Assembly (NCBI GenBank): GCA_963702425.1
Contig: CAVPCQ010000032.1
Location: forward strand, 1 to 64,000
Reading direction: 5' to 3'
From: an uncultured Acidobacteriota bacterium
Lineage (GTDB): Bacteria; Acidobacteriota; Polarisedimenticolia; J045
DNA: 64,000 nt
Part shown: in pieces, positions 49,824 through 58,226 of the stretch
Numbering within the stretch: position 1 is the first letter of the stretch
How the letters are laid out: each line of letters begins with the position of its first letter
Position numbers and translations under genes: made by a program
The notes under the pieces: generated by a model
The model's input: the letters and a program-made list of their open reading frames with translations, nothing else
What the model was told of the DNA's origin: nothing
The model's database searches: none

Positions 49824-50549
49824 CTAGGGCAACCGGTTCCCCGCGTCGGCCAGGATTGCGGCGATCAAGAAACCCTGGTTACGGTAGTACCGCTCAGGGT
49901 GCTTCGGGTCGGGGACCCGCTGGTTGTGCAGGGCCACCACGTTGAACCGATCGTCGAGGACCGGCGAGCCCGAGGTCCCGTAGTCGGTGTCCGTCTGGTA
50001 CTGGACGAAGTTGTCCTTGACCGCGCGCACCTTGTTGTCGCGGAACGCGATCTCCTGGTGGCGCCCCTGCGGGTACTGGATGATGTTCACCCGTTCGTTG
50101 AAGCGGATCCTCTCGCCGTGGCGCGGGTTGAAGAAGCCCCACACCTCAGCCGCCTTCTTCCCGCCCTTGGGTTTGACCTTCACGATCGAATAGTCGAGGG
50201 CGGGGTTCGTGTAGAAAAGCGCGTCCGGATCGCAGGTCCATTCGTCGACCGGGGCGTCCGTGCCGTCGGCGAGCTTGCGGTAGTTGAACTGGAGCTTCGC
50301 GGTCCGAGCGTCGGCGGCGTTCTCGAATACATGATTGTTAGTCATGAAGGTGTCGGGGCCGACGAGAAAGCCGGTCGCGGAACCGCCTTGCAGGACCACT
50401 CGGGCGACCGAGCGTGCCGCCCGGACGGCGCCCTCGAGCCACCACACGGCCGTGAAGTTGGGCTCTCCGATGACTGCTTCGAGGCCTCCGGGCTCTTCCT
50501 TCCATTCGAATCCCGGCCCCAGGCCCGTCGTCAACCAGTTAGACTTCAT
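49824..50549 (-). CDS. trypsin-like (V8-type) serine protease
   Basis: short N-terminal segment ending GGLE|AVIG; ATGF, TNNHV, LDYS, TDYGTSGSP, ALH. Confidence 0.9.
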   Translation of the reverse strand: MKSNWLTTGLGPGFEWKEEPGGLEAVIGEPNFTAVWWLEGAVRAARSVARVVLQGGSATGFLVGPDTFMTNNHVFENAADARTAKLQFNYRKLADGTDAPVDEWTCDPDALFYTNPALDYSIVKVKPKGGKKAAEVWGFFNPRHGERIRFNERVNIIQYPQGRHQEIAFRDNKVRAVKDNFVQYQTDTDYGTSGSPVLDDRFNVVALHNQRVPDPKHPERYYRNQGFLIAAILADAGNRLP

Positions 50550-50764
50550 GTCGCACCCCCTTTCGGTCGCGGCAACGCACAACGCGATTGCGGTGCCGGA
50601 CCGACGGTACATGCTCGCGATGGCGATCCGGCGGACCGCGGCGAGACCACTTTTGAGGCGGCGTGGCGGTGGTCAGTATATGCTGATGGCGCGCGCCGCG
50701 AGTGGCTCCTTGATCGATCCAAGCGGTGACGGGGGATTCCAGACGTAACAGGGGAGGACAAGAC

Positions 50765-51541
50765 ATGAGCTGCAATGATCCGTACCTCAAGGAACTTCGT
50801 AGCAAGGGCTACAACGTCGTTCGTTTGCCGAAGGCCGACATCCGGCCCCTGCAACTGCTCACCAAACGAGGCGATACGCTCGATCGAATCGGAGAGTTGG
50901 CGACGGTCCTTCCGGCCAGCAACGTGCCGATGCCTCCCGTCACGGCGGACACGCGCGTCGCGAGCCTCTCCGGTGTGCGCTCGGGCGAACTCAGCCTCGG
51001 ATTCGGGCTTTCGATTCTGGGGAGCATCATCGGGGCGATGGGCGGCTCCAAGCTGGGCCTCGATCTCACCTACAAGAGCGCCAAGAGCGTCACCTTCGAG
51101 TTCGTCGACGTTCTCGAGGATCGGATCGAGATCGCGAAGCTCGACCAGTATCTGACGAGCGCCGACGTCAGCCCCTTCTCTTCCTTCGTCGCGAAGCTGC
51201 TCGAAGCCGACCAGCTCTTCGTCACCACCGCCACCGTGAAGAGCAACAAGATCTCGGTGGAGTCCAACGGCGCGGGCAACGCCGGAGTGGACGTGAGCAT
51301 CCCCGAGATCAAGCAGGTCGTGGGGGCGAACGTCAAGGTCGGCGGCGGCTCCGACAGGTCGTCCAAGGTCACGTTCGAGGGCCCGATGCCCCTGGTCTTC
51401 GGCTTCCAGGCGGTGCGTCTCTTCTACGAGGGGGGGCGGTACCAGCGCTTCAAGGTCCTGAGCGGCGGCGCCGCGCTCGAGGCGGTCGCGGCGCCCGAAC
51501 TCCTGAGCGAGGGCGCCTTCGTGAGAATGCTCGACGTGTGA
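50765..51541 (+). CDS. bacterial gasdermin
   Basis: GGAGGA RBS; 258 aa; MSCNDP with N-terminal Cys, GYNVVRLP..IRPLQL, VTFEF, PLVFGFQ; closely follows the known bGSDM pattern. Confidence 0.93.
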   Translation: MSCNDPYLKELRSKGYNVVRLPKADIRPLQLLTKRGDTLDRIGELATVLPASNVPMPPVTADTRVASLSGVRSGELSLGFGLSILGSIIGAMGGSKLGLDLTYKSAKSVTFEFVDVLEDRIEIAKLDQYLTSADVSPFSSFVAKLLEADQLFVTTATVKSNKISVESNGAGNAGVDVSIPEIKQVVGANVKVGGGSDRSSKVTFEGPMPLVFGFQAVRLFYEGGRYQRFKVLSGGAALEAVAAPELLSEGAFVRMLDV

Positions 51542-51580
51542 CGCGTCGGCGGCCAGGCGAAGCCGGCCGCTGGCTCGGCT

Positions 51581-52780
51581 TTATTCCGCCATCTCCAGGA
51601 ACCGCGTCGCGACCCGCGTCGCCTGATCCTGCACCATCGCGGCCTCCTCCGGGGAACGAACCGCCTCGAGGCCGCCACCCCGGCGCAGATGCGTGATCAT
51701 CGCCTGCCGGCCCGCCGCGACCAGTGCGGCGCGGCGCTCGTCGGTCATGGCGAACTCGGTCGTTCCGTAGCCGTGCGCCGGCATCCGAACGACGAGGTTA
51801 CGCAGCGACTCGATGATCTCCTTGTCGTGCGCGGCGGTGATCGTGTCGACCAACCGCTTGACGCGCGCGATCGTCTTCAGGCGGCCGAGTGCGGAGGGGG
51901 ACCCCTCCTCCGGATTCGGGGGCGCGTTCGGGACCTCGAGGGTCTCGTCGATCAGCAGCCCCATCACGTTCTGGCTCCGCTTCGTGCCCATGATGTCCGT
52001 CACGTACTGCTCGCTCGAGACGAAGAGCTCGAGCGGGAAGTTCGACAGCACACCCCCGTCGACGACCATGTGCCCCGCGATGTCGCGCCCGCGGTAGGCG
52101 CCCCAGTCGGGCGACCACTCGACTTCCTGCCAGACGAACGGGATGCTCATCGACATCCGGGCCGCCCAGACGACCGGGCAACCGGGCGCGGTCCGGTGGT
52201 TGAGGACGAGGATCCTCTGGGCCGAGGTGTCGGCGGCGACGAGCGACAGCTCGCGACCCGTGGCCGCGTGGAACTCCCCCAGGGTCATGCTCCCGAAGCG
52301 CCGGGGATTCCCCGCGACCGTCCCGCTGTCGAGCTTCTGGGAGAGCCACGACCGGAAGCGCTCGGCCGCGTACCAGCCCCCGCGTTCGACGAAGGAGAAG
52401 AGGTGCCGGTACTTCTCGCTCCGGGCCAGGAGCTGGACGAGCGCCCCGTCGAACCTGCGCTCGAGGAACTCGGGAACGAGCGGAAGGTCGATGGCGCGCA
52501 GGAAGTCCATGATGGCGCTGTCGGAGACTTCCTTCTCGGTGAAGGGCCCGGGCACCCCCATGAAGCCCACGAAGACGGGCTTGCCGTGCTCCGTTTCGTT
52601 CAGCGCGGCCATCATCTCGTCGGACGTGTATCCGGCCGCCAGCAGGGTCGCGGTGATCGCCCCGGCGGAGGTTCCGAGCAGGCGGTCGGCCCGGTGGCCC
52701 TTCGCCTCGAACTCCTGCATTGCGCCGACGAAGACGATGCCCTTGGCACCGCCGCCTTCGAAGACCAGATCGAACTCCAT
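51581..52780 (-). CDS. patatin-like phospholipase
   Basis: FEGGGAKG, GTSAG, SMSIP, VDGG motifs. Confidence 0.93.
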   Translation of the reverse strand: MEFDLVFEGGGAKGIVFVGAMQEFEAKGHRADRLLGTSAGAITATLLAAGYTSDEMMAALNETEHGKPVFVGFMGVPGPFTEKEVSDSAIMDFLRAIDLPLVPEFLERRFDGALVQLLARSEKYRHLFSFVERGGWYAAERFRSWLSQKLDSGTVAGNPRRFGSMTLGEFHAATGRELSLVAADTSAQRILVLNHRTAPGCPVVWAARMSMSIPFVWQEVEWSPDWGAYRGRDIAGHMVVDGGVLSNFPLELFVSSEQYVTDIMGTKRSQNVMGLLIDETLEVPNAPPNPEEGSPSALGRLKTIARVKRLVDTITAAHDKEIIESLRNLVVRMPAHGYGTTEFAMTDERRAALVAAGRQAMITHLRRGGGLEAVRSPEEAAMVQDQATRVATRFLEMAE

Positions 52781-52871
52781 GGGTCACCTCCGGAATGAGC
52801 GGTCGAGATGCGGGATCACTGGCAGTTCAGGCACTCGCGTCGAAGCGCGGGATGGGCTCCCGAGTCCGGTC

Positions 52872-53603
52872 TCACTTCTCGTCGGGGAAGAAGGCGTCGT
52901 TCACTCGGCCGAGCGACGGCATCGTGACGGCGTCGAGGTCCTCCTCGGACCCCAGCGCCACGGCCGCGAAGTCGGCGAGGGCGCGGGGCGCTGTACCGCC
53001 TCCCACGACGATCGGGATGATCGGCTTGCCGCGCTCGGCGGCAAAGCTGATTTCCTCTTCGGCCCAGCCCCGAAGCTCGCCGTGAGTGACCACGGCGACG
53101 ACGTCGGCCTTCTGGACGGCCTCTCCGACGGAGCGCGCGACCGACTCGAGGGGCGGAATCGTGTCCGAGGAGGTCACCTCGATGCCGTGGCTCTTCAGGC
53201 GTTCCATGAGCGGCGCGATCAGGGGCCGGTCGAGACCGGAATAGGAGATGAAGAGACGTGGACGGGCCTGCGCACCGGCTTCGGGGCTATCGCCTCCGGG
53301 CGCTCCGAGAGTCAGCCACCGCTCGAGCGGAATGTCGGCGCCGTCACTCATCGTGACGGTGGCGCCGATCGCGAATTCGCCCCAACCCTGCGCCTCGAGC
53401 CTGAAGTTCGAGGACCTCTCGGTCACCGTTTGCACCGGGTTCGGGAAGCTGGGGTGCAACGCATACCGCACCGAGCGAACCTGGTCCAGAACCTCCGGGC
53501 TGCCTTCGAGCCAGACCGCCCAGTTCCACCACTGAGCACCCTGAGGCTTGGCGCGGCACTGGAGGCGCAGCCCCCGTCGGTCGATCTTCTGCAGCTCTTC
53601 CAT
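52872..53603 (-). CDS. pYEATS-TIR fusion protein
   Basis: VRYALHPSFPNP..NFRLEAQGWGEF (prokaryotic YEATS); LFISYS..WAEEEI (TIR). Confidence 0.85.
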   Translation of the reverse strand: MEELQKIDRRGLRLQCRAKPQGAQWWNWAVWLEGSPEVLDQVRSVRYALHPSFPNPVQTVTERSSNFRLEAQGWGEFAIGATVTMSDGADIPLERWLTLGAPGGDSPEAGAQARPRLFISYSGLDRPLIAPLMERLKSHGIEVTSSDTIPPLESVARSVGEAVQKADVVAVVTHGELRGWAEEEISFAAERGKPIIPIVVGGGTAPRALADFAAVALGSEEDLDAVTMPSLGRVNDAFFPDEK

Positions 53604-53613
53604 GCTTCACCCC

Positions 53614-54297
53614 TCAGTCTGTCAGGCTCACTGGAACCTGGAGCGGCACGAACCCGGACGCTCGCCGCTGGCCAGGCTCTTCCACGCGCACGTCGATCAG
53701 TGTCGTGTCCTCCTGGATCCGGACGAGGAGGAACACGCCCTGCCCCTCTCGTCTCGGCTCTACCTCCGTCCAATCCGAGTCACGAAAGCCGTTCGAGATG
53801 CGATACTCCCACTTGCATCCCTTGCCCTTGCCGTAGAGCTCCTGGGTCAGCGGAACGGGCAGCACCTGAACCCGCTGGATGCGCCCACCGCGCCGCTTCC
53901 AGTGCCAGAGGGTCCGGGAGAGCTGGAGGAACGCGGGCAGGGGATCGGCGTGCGAAAAGCCGATGTACTCGTGCTCCTGGAACATGCCGCCGTTCTTGAC
54001 GCCATCCTCCAGGAGCGCGATCGCCGGTTTGTCCTTGCTCCGCGCGTGCTTCAGCTCGTCGAGACAGAACGGGTGCGTGGTCCAGCCCCCGCCCGCCAGC
54101 TCGTCCCGGCGCGTCAGGAGGGCCACGAGGCCGTCGGCCTCCTCGATCTGGCGCAGCAGCTCGGGAGTGACGGCCTCGCCCCCGAGCACGTCGCCGGTGA
54201 CCGCCCTCAGGCTGTGGCTCTCGAGCAGCGCCTCTGCCTTACGAGCCAGTTCTTTGTTGGCGTCGTCGTAGCGATACGACAGGAAGACGTCACGCAC
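53614..54297 (-). CDS. TIR-like domain protein
   Basis: VFLSYR..IEEADGLVALLT..CLDEL..KPAIAL; beta-rich C-terminal domain. Confidence 0.75.
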   Translation of the reverse strand: MRDVFLSYRYDDANKELARKAEALLESHSLRAVTGDVLGGEAVTPELLRQIEEADGLVALLTRRDELAGGGWTTHPFCLDELKHARSKDKPAIALLEDGVKNGGMFQEHEYIGFSHADPLPAFLQLSRTLWHWKRRGGRIQRVQVLPVPLTQELYGKGKGCKWEYRISNGFRDSDWTEVEPRREGQGVFLLVRIQEDTTLIDVRVEEPGQRRASGFVPLQVPVSLTD

Positions 54298-54593
54298 GAG
54301 CCGACCCTCCTCTGTTGATCCTGACCGGGGACCGATTCATGCCGAAAAGCCCTCTCGATGACCGCGCGGGAGCAAGACGCGTCGGCGACACGGAGGACGA
54401 GCCGCCACGCGTCGACGCGGATGACGCAGCCAACTCTCGACGCGGCTTCTTGCGGTGGAGTATACCCCCGCGGACGGGCGCGGGCGCCGGCGGGGTCGCA
54501 GCGACCCTCCGGGGCCGCTGCACCTCGTGCCACCGTGCTACCCTCGCCGTGCCGAGGCGGGATTCAACTTCCTGTCGGCGGAGTCAATTCCCG

Positions 54594-55583
54594 ATGACCG
54601 AGAAGCTGAGGGTCTTCGTCGCGTCTTCGTCCGAGCAGCTCGGGGTCGCCGCCGAGATCGCGCAGTCGATCAACCGGTCGAAGGCGTTCCACGCCCAGCC
54701 CTGGGACAAGGAGGTCTTCGAGTTCAGCAAGGCCTACATCGAATCGCTCGAGCAGGAGCTCGATCGCGCGGACTTCGCCATCGTCGTACTGACCGCCGAC
54801 GACGCGGGCAACGTCCGGGGGCGCAAGGTGAGCCTGCCGCGCGACAACGTGATCTTCGAGCTGGGGTTGTTCGCCGGCTGCCTCGGCCGGAGCCGTTGCT
54901 TTTTCTTCGTCGATGCGGACTCAGCCACGAAGATCGCATCCGATCTGTCCGGCGTGGAGCCGGTCACGTTCCGGCGCGGCAGGCCATCGGGAGGGGTGGA
55001 CCTGAAGACCCGGATTGGCCAGGTCGCCGAGCAGATGAAGAAGGCCGGGCCGCGGTCGAAGCCCTCGCGGGCGGCACGCGAGGCGCGGGAGTCGCTGTGG
55101 CGGTTCTCGACCCGGTTCTCGGGCCATTGGTGGGAGCGGATCCGCAGCGGCGAGGACGACAGGTCCGCCCTGAGCTATCTCACCGTCACCGTCGACGAGC
55201 TGACGAACACGCCGAAGATCAGCGGCAAGGTCTTCGGCCTCGTCGGCGAACGGCTGGCGGACTGGTCGACGGTGACTTCGGGCGTGTTGCTGTCGGAACA
55301 GCCAGCACAGGTGCATTACCGATGGGAGGGCGAGCACCAGGATGCCCACGGGCAGACCTACGGCGGCCACGGCATCATCATCCTCGAGGATGACGAGCTG
55401 ACACGGGGCGAAGGGTGGTTCTTCGACACGAACTTCGCACGGGTCTCGCAGAACGCCGTCACGCGCGTCAAGCACTTTCGCGTGTATCGCTGCTCGCCCG
55501 GCGAGGTAGAAACCATGATGGATACCACGTCGGACGCCGCCCGTTCGCTGATCGCGGACCGGCTGCAGAAGCTGCGGGGCTAG
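54594..55583 (+). CDS. Cap12/Pycsar-type TIR domain plus beta-rich C-terminal domain
   Basis: VFVASSSE, DFAIVVLTADD, PRDNVIFELGLF, SDLSGV. Confidence 0.85.
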   Translation: MTEKLRVFVASSSEQLGVAAEIAQSINRSKAFHAQPWDKEVFEFSKAYIESLEQELDRADFAIVVLTADDAGNVRGRKVSLPRDNVIFELGLFAGCLGRSRCFFFVDADSATKIASDLSGVEPVTFRRGRPSGGVDLKTRIGQVAEQMKKAGPRSKPSRAAREARESLWRFSTRFSGHWWERIRSGEDDRSALSYLTVTVDELTNTPKISGKVFGLVGERLADWSTVTSGVLLSEQPAQVHYRWEGEHQDAHGQTYGGHGIIILEDDELTRGEGWFFDTNFARVSQNAVTRVKHFRVYRCSPGEVETMMDTTSDAARSLIADRLQKLRG

Positions 55584-56983
55584 CGTCCCGCCTGCGCCGC
55601 GAGCCGCTCCGCCTTCGCCGCCCGCTCCGTGTCGCCGGTGCTGCGGAACAGGACCGCGATGTTGTTCATGAGCTCGGGATTCCGCGGGTCCAGGAGGGCG
55701 GCGTCGACCAGCTCCTGCGCGATCGACCGAAGGGCTGCCTGCTCGAGCGGGATCCGGTCGTAGATCAGCCCGACGTCGATCGGCGCGAGACCGCGCGGCC
55801 CCGCCTCGACGAACGCCTCCGGTCCGTCGGGCACGCCGGCCGGGCGCTTGATACGCCCCTCCCGCACCCCCTGGCGGAGGGAGTTCAGCTCGGGCCGCGT
55901 GCTCTCGTAGGCGGCAGTGAAGCCCTCCATGAGCAGGCCGGAGACCTGCGCCATCGCCTGGGCATTGGCGGCCGCGGCACCGCCCGGCGGGAGACCGGAG
56001 CCCTGAGAAACGCTGCCTGCGGAAGGCCTCGTCCTGCGGGCGGACCAGCGCCGCGTGAGGTCCAGCGAGTACCCGACTCGCTCCGGGTCGCCGAGCGCAT
56101 CGAGCGCCAGCAACTGATCCCGCACCGCCAGCGCTTCCGGCGTGAGGCTTGGTCGCTCGGCCGGAACCACACCCCGCGCCATGTACCCGATCAGGCCGCC
56201 GGCGAACGCGGCCGCGTCGAGCAGGCGGTCGCACTCCCCCGGGCAGGAGGGGCTCCGCACCCAGCCGCCCGGTCCGCCCCGCACCTGGAGGAAGACCCAG
56301 TCGCCCTGGTGCCGGACGACGGTGTACACCTGCTCCTTCGGGAGGCGGCCGACGACGGCTGCGGCTTCGTCCGGCGAGCCGCGCAACTCATCGAGGCGCT
56401 GGGCCGCGCGGCGGATCGTATCGACCGCCCGCGGCGGCAACTGCAGTCGTTGGATGGCGAAGCGGTTCGGCCGGAGCCGCGCCAGGAGCGGCGCGCCCCC
56501 CATGTCCTGGGGCAGCCGCAGCCGCCACGTGAAGCGGGACTCCACCGTCTTGGGCGGAACCTGGGCATAGGTGTCGACGACCAGCTCGCCGCGCGAGCGG
56601 GAGATCCGCCCCCAGACCGCGAGGGCCACGTCCTGACTGGCCACCACCCGTTCCACCTTGTCGAAGTAGCCGAGGTCTCCGGGCTTCTTCGGCGACAGGT
56701 CGCCCTCGTAGCGCAGGACACCGAGCGACGACGCACTGTTGCTGGTGAGAATCGTCCGCTCGACGAGGGCAGCCACCTGATCGCCCAGGCCGGTCCGGTC
56801 GGGATCCTCGTAGGCGAACACCGCCACCCGGAAGGCCGCCCCGGGGATGTGCCGTGGGGGAGTCTGTCCCAGCTCGAGCAGCTTCAACTCGGCGTTGGCG
56901 TCCACGCGCATCCCCGCCTCGACGGGAGCGGCGGCACCGAGGCCGACCAGGAGGGCCGCCGACAGCGCGAGCGCCCGTCGCAC
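55580..56983 (-). CDS. secreted protein with SH3-like domain
   Basis: GTG start; signal peptide; ELRGSP..VVGRL..QGDWVFLQV..GWV SH3 pattern. Confidence 0.7.
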   Translation of the reverse strand: MRRALALSAALLVGLGAAAPVEAGMRVDANAELKLLELGQTPPRHIPGAAFRVAVFAYEDPDRTGLGDQVAALVERTILTSNSASSLGVLRYEGDLSPKKPGDLGYFDKVERVVASQDVALAVWGRISRSRGELVVDTYAQVPPKTVESRFTWRLRLPQDMGGAPLLARLRPNRFAIQRLQLPPRAVDTIRRAAQRLDELRGSPDEAAAVVGRLPKEQVYTVVRHQGDWVFLQVRGGPGGWVRSPSCPGECDRLLDAAAFAGGLIGYMARGVVPAERPSLTPEALAVRDQLLALDALGDPERVGYSLDLTRRWSARRTRPSAGSVSQGSGLPPGGAAAANAQAMAQVSGLLMEGFTAAYESTRPELNSLRQGVREGRIKRPAGVPDGPEAFVEAGPRGLAPIDVGLIYDRIPLEQAALRSIAQELVDAALLDPRNPELMNNIAVLFRSTGDTERAAKAERLAAQAGR

Positions 56984-56984
56984 G

Positions 56985-58211
56985 TCAGCGTCCCCCGCGC
57001 AGGTCGGCGATGCCGGTGCCGGCCTGGCAGCGTGCCAATGTCTGATCGAGGGCCGGGGTCGGGGTGCCGATGAGACGCTGGGCGACCACGGCGACGTCGA
57101 CACACTCGCGGAACATCTTCCGCTGCTCGAAGCCCCGGGCGACGGCGGTCAGGATCGCCCCGTGCATCTCCGGTGCCAGGCGCGCGACAGCCGGATCGTT
57201 CAGGGCAACGCCCGAGGTCGTCGAGGGGCGCGGCGGCTTGAAGAGCTGGAACGCGTCCCCGACGAACGCCCGCACGTCGTACGCCCCGCCGGCCGGCTCG
57301 ACGCTTCCCAGGAGGAACGCATCGGCGCCGAGCGCCCGGGCGTACCCCGCGGCGAACTCCACCGAGCGGGGTCGCGCCTCGTCGCACGCGACGAACCACG
57401 GCTGGAACTCGGGCGGGAGGTTCAGCGTCTGGAGGACGGTGCCCACGTCGTAGGTGAGCGCGTCCGCGATGCGCCCCGTGAGGTCGGCCTCGCCCCCCGA
57501 TCCCGAAAGCGGGGGACGGAAGTGGCCCACCACCACGCCTCGGGCGTTCTTGAGGACGCACGCTCCGAGCGCCTTCGGCAGGAGAGGAAGCGGGATCTCC
57601 TCCCCGCCCTCCGGCAGGGCCTGCGAGTGCTCGGTGTAGCCCTCGTGCTTCACCAGGACGGTCGCGGGCTCCCGGCAGGGCGCAAAGGCCAGGTCGAACC
57701 GTCCGGACGCGTCGCTCGCGCCGTTGGCGACCGAATTGGATCCGCAGCGAATGTCGATCGTCGCGCCGGCGATCGGCGCTTCCGTCGTGAGGTCGGTGAG
57801 CACGCCTCGCGCGTGCCGCGAGGCCGCGGGACCGGGTCCCCACAAGCGCCAGGCGGCGATCGCGCCGGCGACGGCCAGCAGCAGCGCGACCGCCACGGCC
57901 GCCCGGCGGGCGCCGCTCGAGCCTCTTCCAGGAAGCTTGATCGAGGACTCCGCGGGCCAGGATGCGGCGATCGCGCGGACCTCCTCGACATACGCCGGGC
58001 GCTCGCGCTCGAGGATCGGCCAGAGGCGATCGATCTGCCCACGGTCCTGGAGCAGCCCGATGAAAGCGTCGGCCTGCGCGAGCAGCGGCTCCTGCCAGGG
58101 GATCTCCGGCTTCAGTTCCTCGAAGTCGTCCGTGACGAGACGCTCGAGCGCGTCGCCTTCCTGGAATCGCTCGACGAGGAACTCGCGGAGCTTCCGGTGC
58201 GCTTCACCCAT
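56985..58211 (-). CDS. EAD/death-like N-domain, TM, and extracytoplasmic carboxypeptidase-regulatory-like domain
   Basis: LREFLVERF..LERLV..LQDRGQIDRLW..ERP helical adaptor; TM; GVLTD..PIAGATI..SDASGRF. Confidence 0.7.
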   Translation of the reverse strand: MGEAHRKLREFLVERFQEGDALERLVTDDFEELKPEIPWQEPLLAQADAFIGLLQDRGQIDRLWPILERERPAYVEEVRAIAASWPAESSIKLPGRGSSGARRAAVAVALLLAVAGAIAAWRLWGPGPAASRHARGVLTDLTTEAPIAGATIDIRCGSNSVANGASDASGRFDLAFAPCREPATVLVKHEGYTEHSQALPEGGEEIPLPLLPKALGACVLKNARGVVVGHFRPPLSGSGGEADLTGRIADALTYDVGTVLQTLNLPPEFQPWFVACDEARPRSVEFAAGYARALGADAFLLGSVEPAGGAYDVRAFVGDAFQLFKPPRPSTTSGVALNDPAVARLAPEMHGAILTAVARGFEQRKMFRECVDVAVVAQRLIGTPTPALDQTLARCQAGTGIADLRGGR

Positions 58212-58226
58212 GGCCGGCCCCCGGCC

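Noticed and set aside
51581-55583. Calling the TIR/patatin genes CBASS, Pycsar or canonical Thoeris
   Set aside because: No CD-NTase, PycC cyclase or ThsA-type gene is visible in the window.
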